32,000 bases of DNA from an archaeon ADurb.Bin336 (lineage in GTDB: Archaea > Iainarchaeota > Iainarchaeia > Iainarchaeales > JAAZKV01), in contig MWBC01000004.1 of the NCBI GenBank assembly GCA_002068885.1, positions 2,901 through 34,900 on the forward strand, written 5' to 3'. Of this stretch, positions 1-8,850 are shown one piece after another. The notes under the pieces are model-generated. The model saw nothing but the letters and a program-made list of their open reading frames with translations. It searched no databases and was not told the DNA's origin. The position numbers were made by a program, and so were the translations under genes. How positions within the stretch are numbered: the stretch's first letter is position 1; every line of letters starts with the position of its first letter.

Positions 1-689
1 TGAAATTCTGCGGCTAGTTCAACAGGATGAATTTCATTCTTATTTTTATTAAGCCAACTCAATAACCCCTTCATTTTTTCAGGGACTTTATCAGCACTTG
101 GAGGATTAACACTCGAACCAACAATAAATATTGGCCCATCACGATATTTACCAGGTTTTTTATCATCAAAACCACGCATTATAGCAAAATGAATTCTTTT
201 TATATTTCGTTCATTTAAATCAATAATTTTTTTTGATTCCTTTGCAGCAAAAAGCATATTCTCAATTTCCCTAACCTCATCAATTTTTTTACCAGAAATT
301 GAGATACCTTTACTCAAAACCAAATTAGCTTCTTGTAAAGTTAAAGAATTCCCTTCAACAGAAGCACTACCTTGTGCATATCTAACAAACTCATTTTCTT
401 TAAAAGACTCAAATTCTTGTGGAAAAAAATCACTCAATAAAGAATAATCAATTTTTAATTTTTCCAAAACCAATAATTCATTTAAAGACAAATTATTTGA
501 TTTGAACTCTTTTTGAGAAAATCTTAAATTTTCAATAACTTTTTGTTGAATCAAAGAATCAAATGCTTCCCCAATATTCTCATTTAAATTTTCTTTAGTC
601 CCTAAAAAAAAACTAACCCTCTTACCAAATAACCTATCTTCTAAGTAAAAGTAATCTTTTTTCTTAACTCTTCTTTTTGAAATAAACAT
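1..689 (-). CDS. Fic/DOC family protein (C-terminal part beyond window edge)
   Basis: Manual reverse-strand translation is open from ATG at 689 to the window edge: MFISKRRVKKKDYFYLEDRLFGKRVSFFLG...YAQGSASVEGNSLTLQEANLVL...VREIENMLFAAKE...IKRIHFAIMRGFDDKKPGKYRDGPIFIVGS. The S-x-EGNxLT and HxxIMxG...PGxYR patterns are typical of Fic proteins. The catalytic HPFxxGNGR motif would be off the edge. Confidence 0.8.
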   Translation of the reverse strand, partial: MFISKRRVKKKDYFYLEDRLFGKRVSFFLGTKENLNENIGEAFDSLIQQKVIENLRFSQKEFKSNNLSLNELLVLEKLKIDYSLLSDFFPQEFESFKENEFVRYAQGSASVEGNSLTLQEANLVLSKGISISGKKIDEVREIENMLFAAKESKKIIDLNERNIKRIHFAIMRGFDDKKPGKYRDGPIFIVGSSVNPPSADKVPEKMKGLLSWLNKNKNEIHPVELAAEF

Positions 690-748
690 AAAAATAGTTA
701 TCACCAAAATTAATAAAAACACATATTATTATCATAATTGGTTATAAC

Positions 749-819
749 TGCAGCCGCCGGGAATTGAACCCGGAGCTCAACCTTGGGAAGGTTGCATGAT
801 ACCACTTCACTACGGCTGC
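749..819 (-). tRNA. tRNA-Gly (anticodon CCC)
   Basis: Reverse complement GCAGCCGTAGTGAAGTGGTATCATGCAACCTTCCCAAGGTTGAGCTCCGGGTTCAATTCCCGGCGGCTGCA folds as a cloverleaf: acceptor GCAGCCG/CGGCTGC, anticodon stem CAACC/GGTTG with loop TTCCCAA, T-arm with GTTCAATTC. Confidence 0.95.
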
Positions 820-915
820 TTATTTAGAATGAAATTATAATACTTTTTTAATTCTTTCAATTAAGCAACTTTTTAAATGAAACGCAGTCAATCTTACTTA
901 TAACAAGAGTTGTTT

Positions 916-986
916 GCAGGGTTAGCAAAGCGGTTATGCGTTCGCCTGCAGAGCGAATTAGGGGGGTTCAACTCCCTCACCCTGCT
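916..986 (+). tRNA. tRNA-Cys (anticodon GCA)
   Basis: GCAGGGTTAGCAAAGCGGTTATGCGTTCGCCTGCAGAGCGAATTAGGGGGGTTCAACTCCCTCACCCTGCT: acceptor GCAGGGT/ACCCTGC, anticodon stem TTCGC/GCGAA with loop CTGCAGA, T-arm GGGGG/CCCTC, U73 discriminator as expected for Cys. Confidence 0.93.
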
Positions 987-2431
987 TTAATCAATTTTTT
1001 TGAAGGATCAAATTTGTAAACAACAATATTATTTGTATCCATAAAATAAGTGAATTCAGGCCTTTGATTAAACCACTCAACTCCTGGAGCAAAATTTGAA
1101 TTTTTATAATAGACAAAAAACCCTGGTTCATTTATAAAATCATAATATTTGAAAAACCTGAATTCAGATTGATAAAAAGTAAGAACCCTAAAATTTGAAT
1201 AATATGCATAAAGCGGAAAAAGAAAATTGGAATAAATGATAGTATCATTTGGATATCCTTTTTCTTTAAGTGTTTCTACAATAACTCTTTCTTCAGGAAT
1301 AGTATAATCAAACAAGGGTTTATTAATACCTTGAATTAAAGGAGCAAATGAAAAACAAATAAGTAAAAATGCAATAACAAAAAAAAGGTTTTTTGTTAAA
1401 AAATTTTTATTAGAATCAACATAATCATATGCCAATAATACTCCACGAGTTCCAAGAAGAATTAATGGAATTGTTAAAGGTAAAAGCAAATATCTTTCTT
1501 CTTTATGAGGAGTAAAGCACATAAAAATAAATAATACAAAAAACCAAATTAAAAAAGATAAATCAGAAATGTTTACCTTAATTTTTAATTTTTGTTTTCT
1601 TGCTTTTGAAATTTTGTTAAACCAATAAAAAATCAAAAAGAAAAAACCAGCGAATATTAATAAAGAAAAATATTGGGGGAGAACATTAACATACAATAAA
1701 ACTGGAGTATCCCAACCAGATACTGCATAAGCTGCACGATGGAAAAGATAAATTGCATCAAAACCATAGAGAATAAATGCGCTTAAAATATATGAAAATA
1801 AAACGATTGAAGCCCCAATAAAAGGTTCTTTTGAAAAAATGGATTTGATTAAATCTTTTCTTTTATAAACAATAAAAAATATAGAAAACACTACAAAGAG
1901 AATTAAAAAGTACAAAAGCGAAGCATATCTTGTCAAAATAGTTAATCCCACAAAAATTCCTGAAAGATAACCAAAAACTGGTTTTTTTGATTTGTGAAAT
2001 AAAATAAAAAAATAGAAACTAATTGACAAAAAAGTTAAACCCGGAGCATCAGCAAGCATATTATTTGAATTTGAAACTAAAACAGGCAAAAAACAAGCTA
2101 TTAGAGCAGAAACCCAACCCACTCTTTCATCATACACCTCTTTTCCAATAAAATAAAACAATATCACTCCAATAGAACCCAATAAAGCAGTTATTATTGA
2201 AGCAGTAAAAATATGGTGCCAAAAAATGAAACCAATTCCAAAAAACACAGAAATTAATAAAGGCCTGTAAAAAAATTCATCATAATTATTATCTTTGAAT
2301 CCAAAAAGTACATCCGCATTCTGCAAATAACTGCACTCATCCCAAAAACAATAATCTCGCAGAGGAAAAAGTCTTAATGAAAAAGAAACAATAAAAAGTA
2401 GCACTAAAAATACAACTGGATTTATTTTCAT
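977..2431 (-). CDS. Glycosyltransferase family 39-like multi-pass membrane protein (dolichyl-phosphate-mannose mannosyltransferase/ArnT-like)
   Basis: 484 aa with an early acidic motif (FWDECSYLQNADVLF), GRYASLLY-like loop, many TM helices and a C-terminal soluble part. Confidence 0.75.
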   Translation of the reverse strand: MKINPVVFLVLLFIVSFSLRLFPLRDYCFWDECSYLQNADVLFGFKDNNYDEFFYRPLLISVFFGIGFIFWHHIFTASIITALLGSIGVILFYFIGKEVYDERVGWVSALIACFLPVLVSNSNNMLADAPGLTFLSISFYFFILFHKSKKPVFGYLSGIFVGLTILTRYASLLYFLILFVVFSIFFIVYKRKDLIKSIFSKEPFIGASIVLFSYILSAFILYGFDAIYLFHRAAYAVSGWDTPVLLYVNVLPQYFSLLIFAGFFFLIFYWFNKISKARKQKLKIKVNISDLSFLIWFFVLFIFMCFTPHKEERYLLLPLTIPLILLGTRGVLLAYDYVDSNKNFLTKNLFFVIAFLLICFSFAPLIQGINKPLFDYTIPEERVIVETLKEKGYPNDTIIYSNFLFPLYAYYSNFRVLTFYQSEFRFFKYYDFINEPGFFVYYKNSNFAPGVEWFNQRPEFTYFMDTNNIVVYKFDPSKKLIKAG

Positions 2432-2547
2432 GAATAAACTAAATTTCTTTGTGTATTTAATTGTTTACTTAAAAAAATCACACACAACAAATGCTTAACA
2501 ATATAGTAATCAAAATAAATTTACTAATTTAAAAGCCCCTTAACAAG

Positions 2548-2557
2548 CTTTTTAAAG
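2548..2557 (+). promoter_or_regulatory. Archaeal TATA-box candidate for rpl10e
   Basis: CTTTTTAAAG (in AAGCTTTTTAAAGG), about 80-90 nt upstream of the start codon. Confidence 0.5.
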
Positions 2558-2638
2558 GTTTCATGAAAGAATTATTTTACGAAGTGCTTGGAAAAGGGCT
2601 TTTTTAGAAAACGATTTTGATTATAAGTGGTGAGCGAA

Positions 2639-3403
2639 ATGGGATTAAGACCTGCAAGGTGTTATAGAGGAAAAAAAGTTAAGTTAAGAAAAGGAGCAGG
2701 CGGACACGCAAGAAATATTAATTTACAAAGGCCATATACTAGAATTGCAATAAAAGTCCCAAAGAAAAATTATATTGGAGCTTCTCCACAATTAAAAGTA
2801 AGACAATTCAACATGGGCAATCCTTTACTACCTTACAATGTAATTGCTGACTTGGTGTCAAAAGAGAGTTGCTATATTAGAGATAATGCACTAGAAAGTG
2901 TAAGAAGTGGAGTTAATAGATTGTTGGTAAAAGCACTGGGAAAAGATGGCTATTTTATGAAGGTAAGATTGTACACTTCACATTTAATGAGAGAAAATAA
3001 ACAAGCCCAAGGAGCAGGTGCAGATCGTGTTTCACAAGGAATGTCAAGGTCATTTGGAGCACCAATTGGAAGAGCTGCTAAAGTAAGAAAGGGCCAAGCT
3101 ATTTATAGTGTGCTTTGTATGGATACTCAAAAAGATTTGATAAAAAAGTGCTTAATGAGAGCAAAATCAAAGTTGCCTTGTAAAACAACTGTTAAGTTCC
3201 ATACGGATATTGAGAGTATTGGAACAATGCCTTCAAAAGCTCAAGAAGATAAGGCAGCAAAAGCAGCAGCTGAAGCAACAACAGCTGGAACAGAAGCAAC
3301 AACTAAAGCAGGGGCAAAAGCAACTGATACTGCAAAAGCTGGAGCAAAAACTCCTGAAGGTGCTGGAAAGACCCCAGCAGCAAAATCTTCTGGAAAGAAG
3401 TAA
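2639..3403 (+). CDS. rpl10e: Large ribosomal subunit protein L10e (uL16 family) with low-complexity C-terminal extension
   Basis: MGLRPARCYR...RPYTR...FNMGN...RDNALESVRSGVNRLL...KVRLYTSHLMRENKQAQGAGADRVSQGMSRSFGAPIGRAAKV. The ORF track starts at GTG 2627, but GGTGAG lies 3-9 nt upstream of ATG 2639 and the family N-terminus is M(G/A)LRPA, which supports 2639. Confidence 0.93.
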   Translation: MGLRPARCYRGKKVKLRKGAGGHARNINLQRPYTRIAIKVPKKNYIGASPQLKVRQFNMGNPLLPYNVIADLVSKESCYIRDNALESVRSGVNRLLVKALGKDGYFMKVRLYTSHLMRENKQAQGAGADRVSQGMSRSFGAPIGRAAKVRKGQAIYSVLCMDTQKDLIKKCLMRAKSKLPCKTTVKFHTDIESIGTMPSKAQEDKAAKAAAEATTAGTEATTKAGAKATDTAKAGAKTPEGAGKTPAAKSSGKK

Positions 3404-3459
3404 AAATATTAAACAAAGTGAAAATGCATTTTTGCATTTCACTCAACTTTTTTTCAACA

Positions 3460-4230
3460 CTAATTTTTTCTAATAAGTTCTACTAAATCAACCCACTTAT
3501 TTCGAACCAGCTCTTCCTTTTTGAATTTATTTTTCAACCAAAATATTTTGTAACCCCTCGCATTTTTTTTAGAAGTTATTAATCTTGCTTTACCCCCAAC
3601 CACTTCAAGAGCTGCACAATCCTCAAGAGCAATAGCAACTCCACTCGTTTTCTTCATCATTTTCTTCAAACTCAAAACCCTGTCCTTTTCTTTATCAAAA
3701 TGAGGGCACAAAAGAGCAGGAATAAAACCCAAACATTTTATTTTTATATAATCAGCATCTTTGTTTCTGAATTTTCTTGAATCAGAATGGCCCAACTTGA
3801 ACCAACACATTGCCCCCGCACTCAACCCACTAAGAACAATTCCTTTTTCTCTTGCTTGATTTAATAATTTATCAACCCCAAGTTTCTTCCAAATTTTTAA
3901 CATTTTTAGAGTGTTCCCTCCCCCAACATAAATTATGTCAGAAGACAAAATCTTCTCCTTAATTTCTTTTAAAGAATACTTTTGTTTGAATAAAAAAAGA
4001 GAATCTACTTCACAACCGAGTTTATTTCCAAAATAATTTTCAACTAAACTCACATACCCACTAGAATCAGAACTCGCTGTGGGCAAAAACAATAATTTAG
4101 GATTATTTTTTCCTGAAAGTTTAATTAATTCTTTATCAATAATAGTAGTTTCAATTGGATAAAACCCACCACCCTCTTTAGACCTACCAATTTCTCCTCC
4201 ACCAATAGCAACTATTTTTTGCAAACTCAA
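3460..4230 (-). CDS. Peptidase S51 family (dipeptidase E-like)
   Basis: KIVAIGGGEIG..., LFLPTASSDS, IYVGGGNTLKMLKIWKKLG, GLSAGAMCWF nucleophile elbow. Confidence 0.85.
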   Translation of the reverse strand: MSLQKIVAIGGGEIGRSKEGGGFYPIETTIIDKELIKLSGKNNPKLLFLPTASSDSSGYVSLVENYFGNKLGCEVDSLFLFKQKYSLKEIKEKILSSDIIYVGGGNTLKMLKIWKKLGVDKLLNQAREKGIVLSGLSAGAMCWFKLGHSDSRKFRNKDADYIKIKCLGFIPALLCPHFDKEKDRVLSLKKMMKKTSGVAIALEDCAALEVVGGKARLITSKKNARGYKIFWLKNKFKKEELVRNKWVDLVELIRKN

Positions 4231-4324
4231 AACCCCCTATTTCACCATTAAAAAAAAGCAATTAATTAATCTGATTTTTTATTAATATAAACTAATATTT
4301 TATTTAAGTGTAACAAAAAACACA

Positions 4325-4930
4325 TTATATTGAAGTAGATTCTATCCCACTAATTCCTTTTGAAGATAATAATTCAAAACCTTCTCCATCAAAATCAAAT
4401 TCTATTAAAGCCCCTTCCAAAATTTCATTCACTTCAAAACCAATTAACTCCCTAAAAATCACTTCAATTCCACAAGAGTGAAGAACAAAACCAATGCAAG
4501 GAGTTTTATTCTCAAATTCTTTTTTTATAATAGAGTTGAACGAAGAGGTGATTCTTTTTGCAAAATCAAAATAATCCTCTGAACCACTCACTTGATGATA
4601 AGGTTTATTTGATTCATAATCCTCCACTTCACTCAAAAATTTTTTTCTTGCTTCTTCTTTATCCCACCCCAAAAAAACTCCAAAATTGTTTCTGGCCCTA
4701 AATTCACTTACACTACAAAGCTCTAATGGAACAACTTTTTTTATAATCAACCCAGTTTCAGTTGCACTTTGAAAAGAACTAGTAAATAATTTTGCCAAAC
4801 CCTTTTTCTTTAACTCTGCGCCAATCTCACGAGCCTTAATTAGCCCCTCATTTGAAATGGACTCATCCCCAATAGAATACTTTGAATCACTATCAATTGA
4901 ATCAAATGAATTAATTAAAATAATCTTCAT
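4325..4930 (-). CDS. Histidine phosphatase (phosphoglycerate mutase-like) fold protein, apparently lacking the catalytic RHG motif
   Basis: LSxxGxxxAxxxGxxL-like segment (ISNEGLIKAREIGAELKKKGLAKLFTSSFQSATETG) and a C-terminal HSCG. The N-terminal strand reads IILINSFDS where family members have hRHGE/T. Confidence 0.75.
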   Translation of the reverse strand: MKIILINSFDSIDSDSKYSIGDESISNEGLIKAREIGAELKKKGLAKLFTSSFQSATETGLIIKKVVPLELCSVSEFRARNNFGVFLGWDKEEARKKFLSEVEDYESNKPYHQVSGSEDYFDFAKRITSSFNSIIKKEFENKTPCIGFVLHSCGIEVIFRELIGFEVNEILEGALIEFDFDGEGFELLSSKGISGIESTSI

Positions 4931-5008
4931 AAAAAAAAACCTATTATAGAATAAGTTAAATCACAATCCTTTTAAATACAAAAAACCTATTTAGCGTAGT
5001 GTTTAGTA

Positions 5009-7441
5009 ATGAAAAACATCCTTTGGTTTAGAGAAATTAATATGCAAAATGTTGCAGAAGCGGGTGGAAAGGGAGCATCTTTAGGAGAAATGGAGCAAAA
5101 AGGTTTTCCTGTCCCAACAGGATTTGTTGTTACAAGTGGAGCTTATTTTACTTTCATGAAAGAAAGTGGAATACAAGACAAAGTTGTTAAAATGATTGAC
5201 GAGATTGATGTTGAAAACACTCAACAACTCGAAGAAACAACTGCAAGAGTAAGAAAAATAATTGAAAACACTCCAATAATTCCAAAAATTAAATCAGAAA
5301 TTACCTATAACTATAAACTCCTCTCTCAAAATGAAGATGCACTAGTAGCTGTTAGGAGTAGTGCAACTGCAGAAGATTTACCAGAAGCCTCCTTCGCAGG
5401 ACAACAAGAAACATACTTAAATATTCAAGGACGTGAAGAAGTTGCTGTTGCTGTTCAAAAATGTTGGGCCTCTTTATTCACTGCAAGAGCAGTATATTAT
5501 AGAAAAAAACAAGGATTTGATACTGCAAAAGTTGGTTTGTGTGCAGTAGTACAAAAAATGGTTGAGAGTGAAGTGAGTGGAATAATGTTCACTGCTGACC
5601 CAACTGGGGATGAAAGCAAAATAATAATAGAAGCAGGATTTGGATTAGGTGAAACAATTGTTTCAGGAAGTGTAACCCCTGATAATTATGTTGTTGATAA
5701 AAACTCAATGCAAATACAAAGCAAAAAAATATTGAAACAAGAATGGATGCTGGTAAAAGAAGATGCTCCAAAAAGTTCAAATTTACAACGCAAAGAAAAT
5801 GTTAGAGTAAATCTCGGAAAAGGAAAAGCTGATGTACAAAAATTAAGTGATGAAAAAATTGTTGAACTAGCAAAAATAGGAAAAGAAATAGAAGAACATT
5901 ATGAAAAACCAATGGATATAGAATGGGCAATGGAAGACAACATATTATACATCGTACAAGCAAGGCCAATAACTACCCTAAAAACTAAAGCAAAAGGAGA
6001 GAAGATCGTAACTGATGCAATTCCTTTGCTTGAAGGCCTACCCGCTGCTCCAGGAGTAATAAGCGGAATAGTTAGAATAGTACCTGAAATTGATGATATT
6101 CAAAAAGTGGAAAAAGGAGATATACTAGTAACAAAAATGACTTCGCCCTCATGGGTTCCTGTAATGAAAAAAGCTAGTGGAATAATTACTAACGAAGGAG
6201 GAGTAACTTGTCACGCTGCAATAGTTTCAAGAGAACTACTAATACCCTGCGTAGTGGGAACATCAAACGCAACAGAAGTTTTGCAAGATGGCCAAGAAGT
6301 AACTTTGGATGGATTTAGTGGAAAAATTTATTCAGGAAGAATAAATATTGATTACAAAAAAGAAGAAATTAAAGTTCTTCACGAAGATGAGATTGATAAA
6401 ATTGAAGAAGGGTTGAGAGCAAAAATAAAGGAAAATGAAACAAGACCAACTATAATAAAGAAAATGATTACGATAGAAACTGAATATGGTGGAATAAAAT
6501 ACAAAACCATGTCAAAAGAACAAAAAGAAAAAGAAGAAAAAGACTTGATTGAATTACTAAAGGACTTATCAATTAAAGTAAAGGTTAATGTAGCTTTGCC
6601 TGATGCAGCAGAAGCCGCAGCAGCAACAAAAGCTGATGGAGTAGGACTATTAAGAGCAGAGCACATGATTACTGCAAGTGGAATGCACCCAGCAGAATAC
6701 ATTAGACAAAACAAAGATGCTGAACTAAAAAATAGTGTAAAAGAAGGAATTAGGGTAGTTGCAGAAAAATTCTCTGGCCCAGTTTGGTTTAGAACATTTG
6801 ATGCTAGGAGTGATGAGTACAAAGAACTAATTGGGGGAGAGAAAGAACCAAAAGAAGAGAACCCAATGATTGGGTGGCACGGGATTAGAAGAGATTTGGA
6901 TGAAGATAGAATGTTTAAAGCACAAGTTCTAGCAGTGAAAGAACTTTATTATGAAGGAATCAAAAACGTTGGAATAATGTTGCCCTTCTTAATAAGCTTG
7001 GAAGAATTACTAGGAGCAAAAAAAATTATGAGAGAAGTCGGGTTACCAAATGAAGTTGAGATAGGAGTAATGATTGAAACACCAGCATCGGTTTGGATAA
7101 TAGATGAACTAATCCCCCACATTAAATTCATTTCATTTGGAACAAATGATTTAACACAACTAACACTGGGGATTGATAGAAACAATGAGCGAGTGCAAAA
7201 GAGCTTCTCCGAACTCCACCCCTCAATTCTAAGACAACTCAAATATGTAATAAAAAAATGCAAGAGTGCAGGAGTAACTACAAGCATATGCGGCCAAGCA
7301 GCTAGCAACCCCGACATGGTTAGAAAACTTATTTGGTATGGAATAGATTCAGTATCTGCAAATATTGACGCGGTGGATGAAATTAGAAAAATAGTGATGA
7401 TAGAAGAAAAGAAAAAAATACTTGAATTGTACAAAAAATAA
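5009..7441 (+). CDS. ppsA: Phosphoenolpyruvate synthase
   Basis: WFREINMQNVAEAGGKGASLGEM, SSATAEDLPEASFAGQQETYLNI, GGVTCHAAIVSREL, TFDARSDEY, GIMLPFL, FISFGTNDLTQLTLGIDRNN. Confidence 0.97.
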   Translation: MKNILWFREINMQNVAEAGGKGASLGEMEQKGFPVPTGFVVTSGAYFTFMKESGIQDKVVKMIDEIDVENTQQLEETTARVRKIIENTPIIPKIKSEITYNYKLLSQNEDALVAVRSSATAEDLPEASFAGQQETYLNIQGREEVAVAVQKCWASLFTARAVYYRKKQGFDTAKVGLCAVVQKMVESEVSGIMFTADPTGDESKIIIEAGFGLGETIVSGSVTPDNYVVDKNSMQIQSKKILKQEWMLVKEDAPKSSNLQRKENVRVNLGKGKADVQKLSDEKIVELAKIGKEIEEHYEKPMDIEWAMEDNILYIVQARPITTLKTKAKGEKIVTDAIPLLEGLPAAPGVISGIVRIVPEIDDIQKVEKGDILVTKMTSPSWVPVMKKASGIITNEGGVTCHAAIVSRELLIPCVVGTSNATEVLQDGQEVTLDGFSGKIYSGRINIDYKKEEIKVLHEDEIDKIEEGLRAKIKENETRPTIIKKMITIETEYGGIKYKTMSKEQKEKEEKDLIELLKDLSIKVKVNVALPDAAEAAAATKADGVGLLRAEHMITASGMHPAEYIRQNKDAELKNSVKEGIRVVAEKFSGPVWFRTFDARSDEYKELIGGEKEPKEENPMIGWHGIRRDLDEDRMFKAQVLAVKELYYEGIKNVGIMLPFLISLEELLGAKKIMREVGLPNEVEIGVMIETPASVWIIDELIPHIKFISFGTNDLTQLTLGIDRNNERVQKSFSELHPSILRQLKYVIKKCKSAGVTTSICGQAASNPDMVRKLIWYGIDSVSANIDAVDEIRKIVMIEEKKKILELYKK

Positions 7442-7499
7442 TCCTTTAAAAAAACAATTAATCAAAACCCCTTTAATTCTTTCCTAGTACACTTAATTC

Positions 7500-8486
7500 A
7501 TGCTACAACTTGATTTAACTAACGCTATTAAAGGCCTTAAAAAAGCAAAAGCGAAAAACATTTTCTTGCAAATCCCAGAAGGGCTAAAAACTAAAACAGA
7601 GGAAATAGTAAACGAACTTGAAGAAAATGGGTTAAATGTAATAACCGCAATGGACCCCTGCTATGGGGCTTGTGATATTAAACAAACAGAAGCAAAAAAA
7701 ATGGGTTGTGACGCAATACTACACTTAGGGCACACAAAATTCGTTGAAAAAAATTCAATCCCCATAATTTATGCCCCCTTAAAATACAATTTAGGAGAAA
7801 GGTTTGAAAGAATTACAAAAATAATTACTGAATATTTAATTGATGAAAAAATAAATGAAGTAGGACTCACTACCACCGCACAATTTTTGAATTACTTACC
7901 TTTATTAAAAAAAGAATTAGAAAAAGAGGGAATAAAAAGTGTTATTGGAAAAGGAAAAAGAGTGGAAGATGGACAAGTACTTGGTTGTAATTATTCAAGC
8001 GCACAAGTGAGTGCAAAAACAATAATTTATTTAGGAGATGGATTATTCCACCCCCTAGGAATACACTTCTCTACTCAAAAAAATGTAATAATTGCTAACC
8101 CACTAACTCTTGAAATAAAAACCTTGGATGAAGAAAAAGACAAATTCATTAGACAAAGAATATTATTAATTGAAAGAGCAAAAAATGCTAAAGATTACGC
8201 AATACTAATTACTACAAAAGAAGGCCAAAATAGAATTACTGAAGCATTGAAGATAAAAAAGGATTTAGAAAAAAATGGAAAGAAAGTAAAAATATATTCA
8301 ATGGATTTTATTTCACAAGAATCCTTATTAGGAATTAATGCAGAAAGTTACATCAACACTGCGTGCCCAAGAATATCAATTGATGATTACTTCAACTACA
8401 AAAAACCAATTATTAATTACACTGAAGTGGATTACTTAATTGGCAAAAAAAATTATGATGAATATAAATTAGCAATTATTTATTAA
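7500..8486 (+). CDS. dph2: Diphthamide biosynthesis 3-amino-3-carboxypropyltransferase (Dph2 family)
   Basis: IQIPEGLKT-like start (IFLQIPEGLKTKTEEI), DPCYGACDI, LGHTKF, YLGDGLFHPLG, NTACPRIS. The three Fe-S cysteine contexts (CYGACD, CNYSS, CPR) are present. Confidence 0.93.
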   Translation: MLQLDLTNAIKGLKKAKAKNIFLQIPEGLKTKTEEIVNELEENGLNVITAMDPCYGACDIKQTEAKKMGCDAILHLGHTKFVEKNSIPIIYAPLKYNLGERFERITKIITEYLIDEKINEVGLTTTAQFLNYLPLLKKELEKEGIKSVIGKGKRVEDGQVLGCNYSSAQVSAKTIIYLGDGLFHPLGIHFSTQKNVIIANPLTLEIKTLDEEKDKFIRQRILLIERAKNAKDYAILITTKEGQNRITEALKIKKDLEKNGKKVKIYSMDFISQESLLGINAESYINTACPRISIDDYFNYKKPIINYTEVDYLIGKKNYDEYKLAIIY

Positions 8487-8519
8487 AAAAATATTTAGAA
8501 ACTTTTTTTATTTGAAATT

Positions 8520-8850
8520 ATTATTAATGAAAAACAAACAAATTATTAATAAAAAAAATAAACAAATTGTTAATAAAAATAAAATAAATAAATTATTAAT
8601 AAAAAAATAAATAAAAAAAAAACAAATAAATTAATGAAAATAAAAAAATTAATTACTACTAATTTTCATCTCTAAAAAAATAATAAAAAAATTACTAATT
8701 AATTAATAATATTTACCTCTAAAAGAATAAAAAAAAATTAACCAATCAATACTCCTTACTTCTAAAAAAAAATAAAAAAATTAATTATTATTCTTCATTT
8801 CTAAAAAATTAATTAACTATTACTCTTAATTTCTCATTCTTCATTTTCAT
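8520..8850. repeat. AT-rich degenerate tandem repeats in convergent intergenic region
   Basis: First block repeats AAATTATTAATAAAAAAA(ATAAAC) several times. The second block repeats TCTAAAA...(A)TAAAAAAATTAATTA with TCTAAAA anchors near 8671, 8718, 8761 and 8800. Confidence 0.6.

Noticed and set aside
2531-2603. AAAAGCCC / GGGCTTTT inverted repeat upstream of rpl10e
   Set aside because: The first arm lies upstream of the putative TATA box, so it cannot form an RNA hairpin with the second. An 8-bp match in this composition may be chance.
3210-3473. Overlapping ORFs 3210..3473 (+) and 3233..3442 (-)
   Set aside because: They lie in alternative frames of the low-complexity rpl10e tail. Poly-Gln and Cys/Phe-rich products are typical frame artefacts.
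5589-7434. Antisense ORFs 5589..5780, 6379..6822 and 6949..7434 within ppsA
   Set aside because: Fully covered by the conserved ppsA coding sequence. Translations are hydrophobic/Ser-rich with no independent signal.
8520-8850. Possible CRISPR array
   Set aside because: Units are degenerate, A/T-only and irregular, with no unique spacers or cas genes. No CRISPR was seen in the window.
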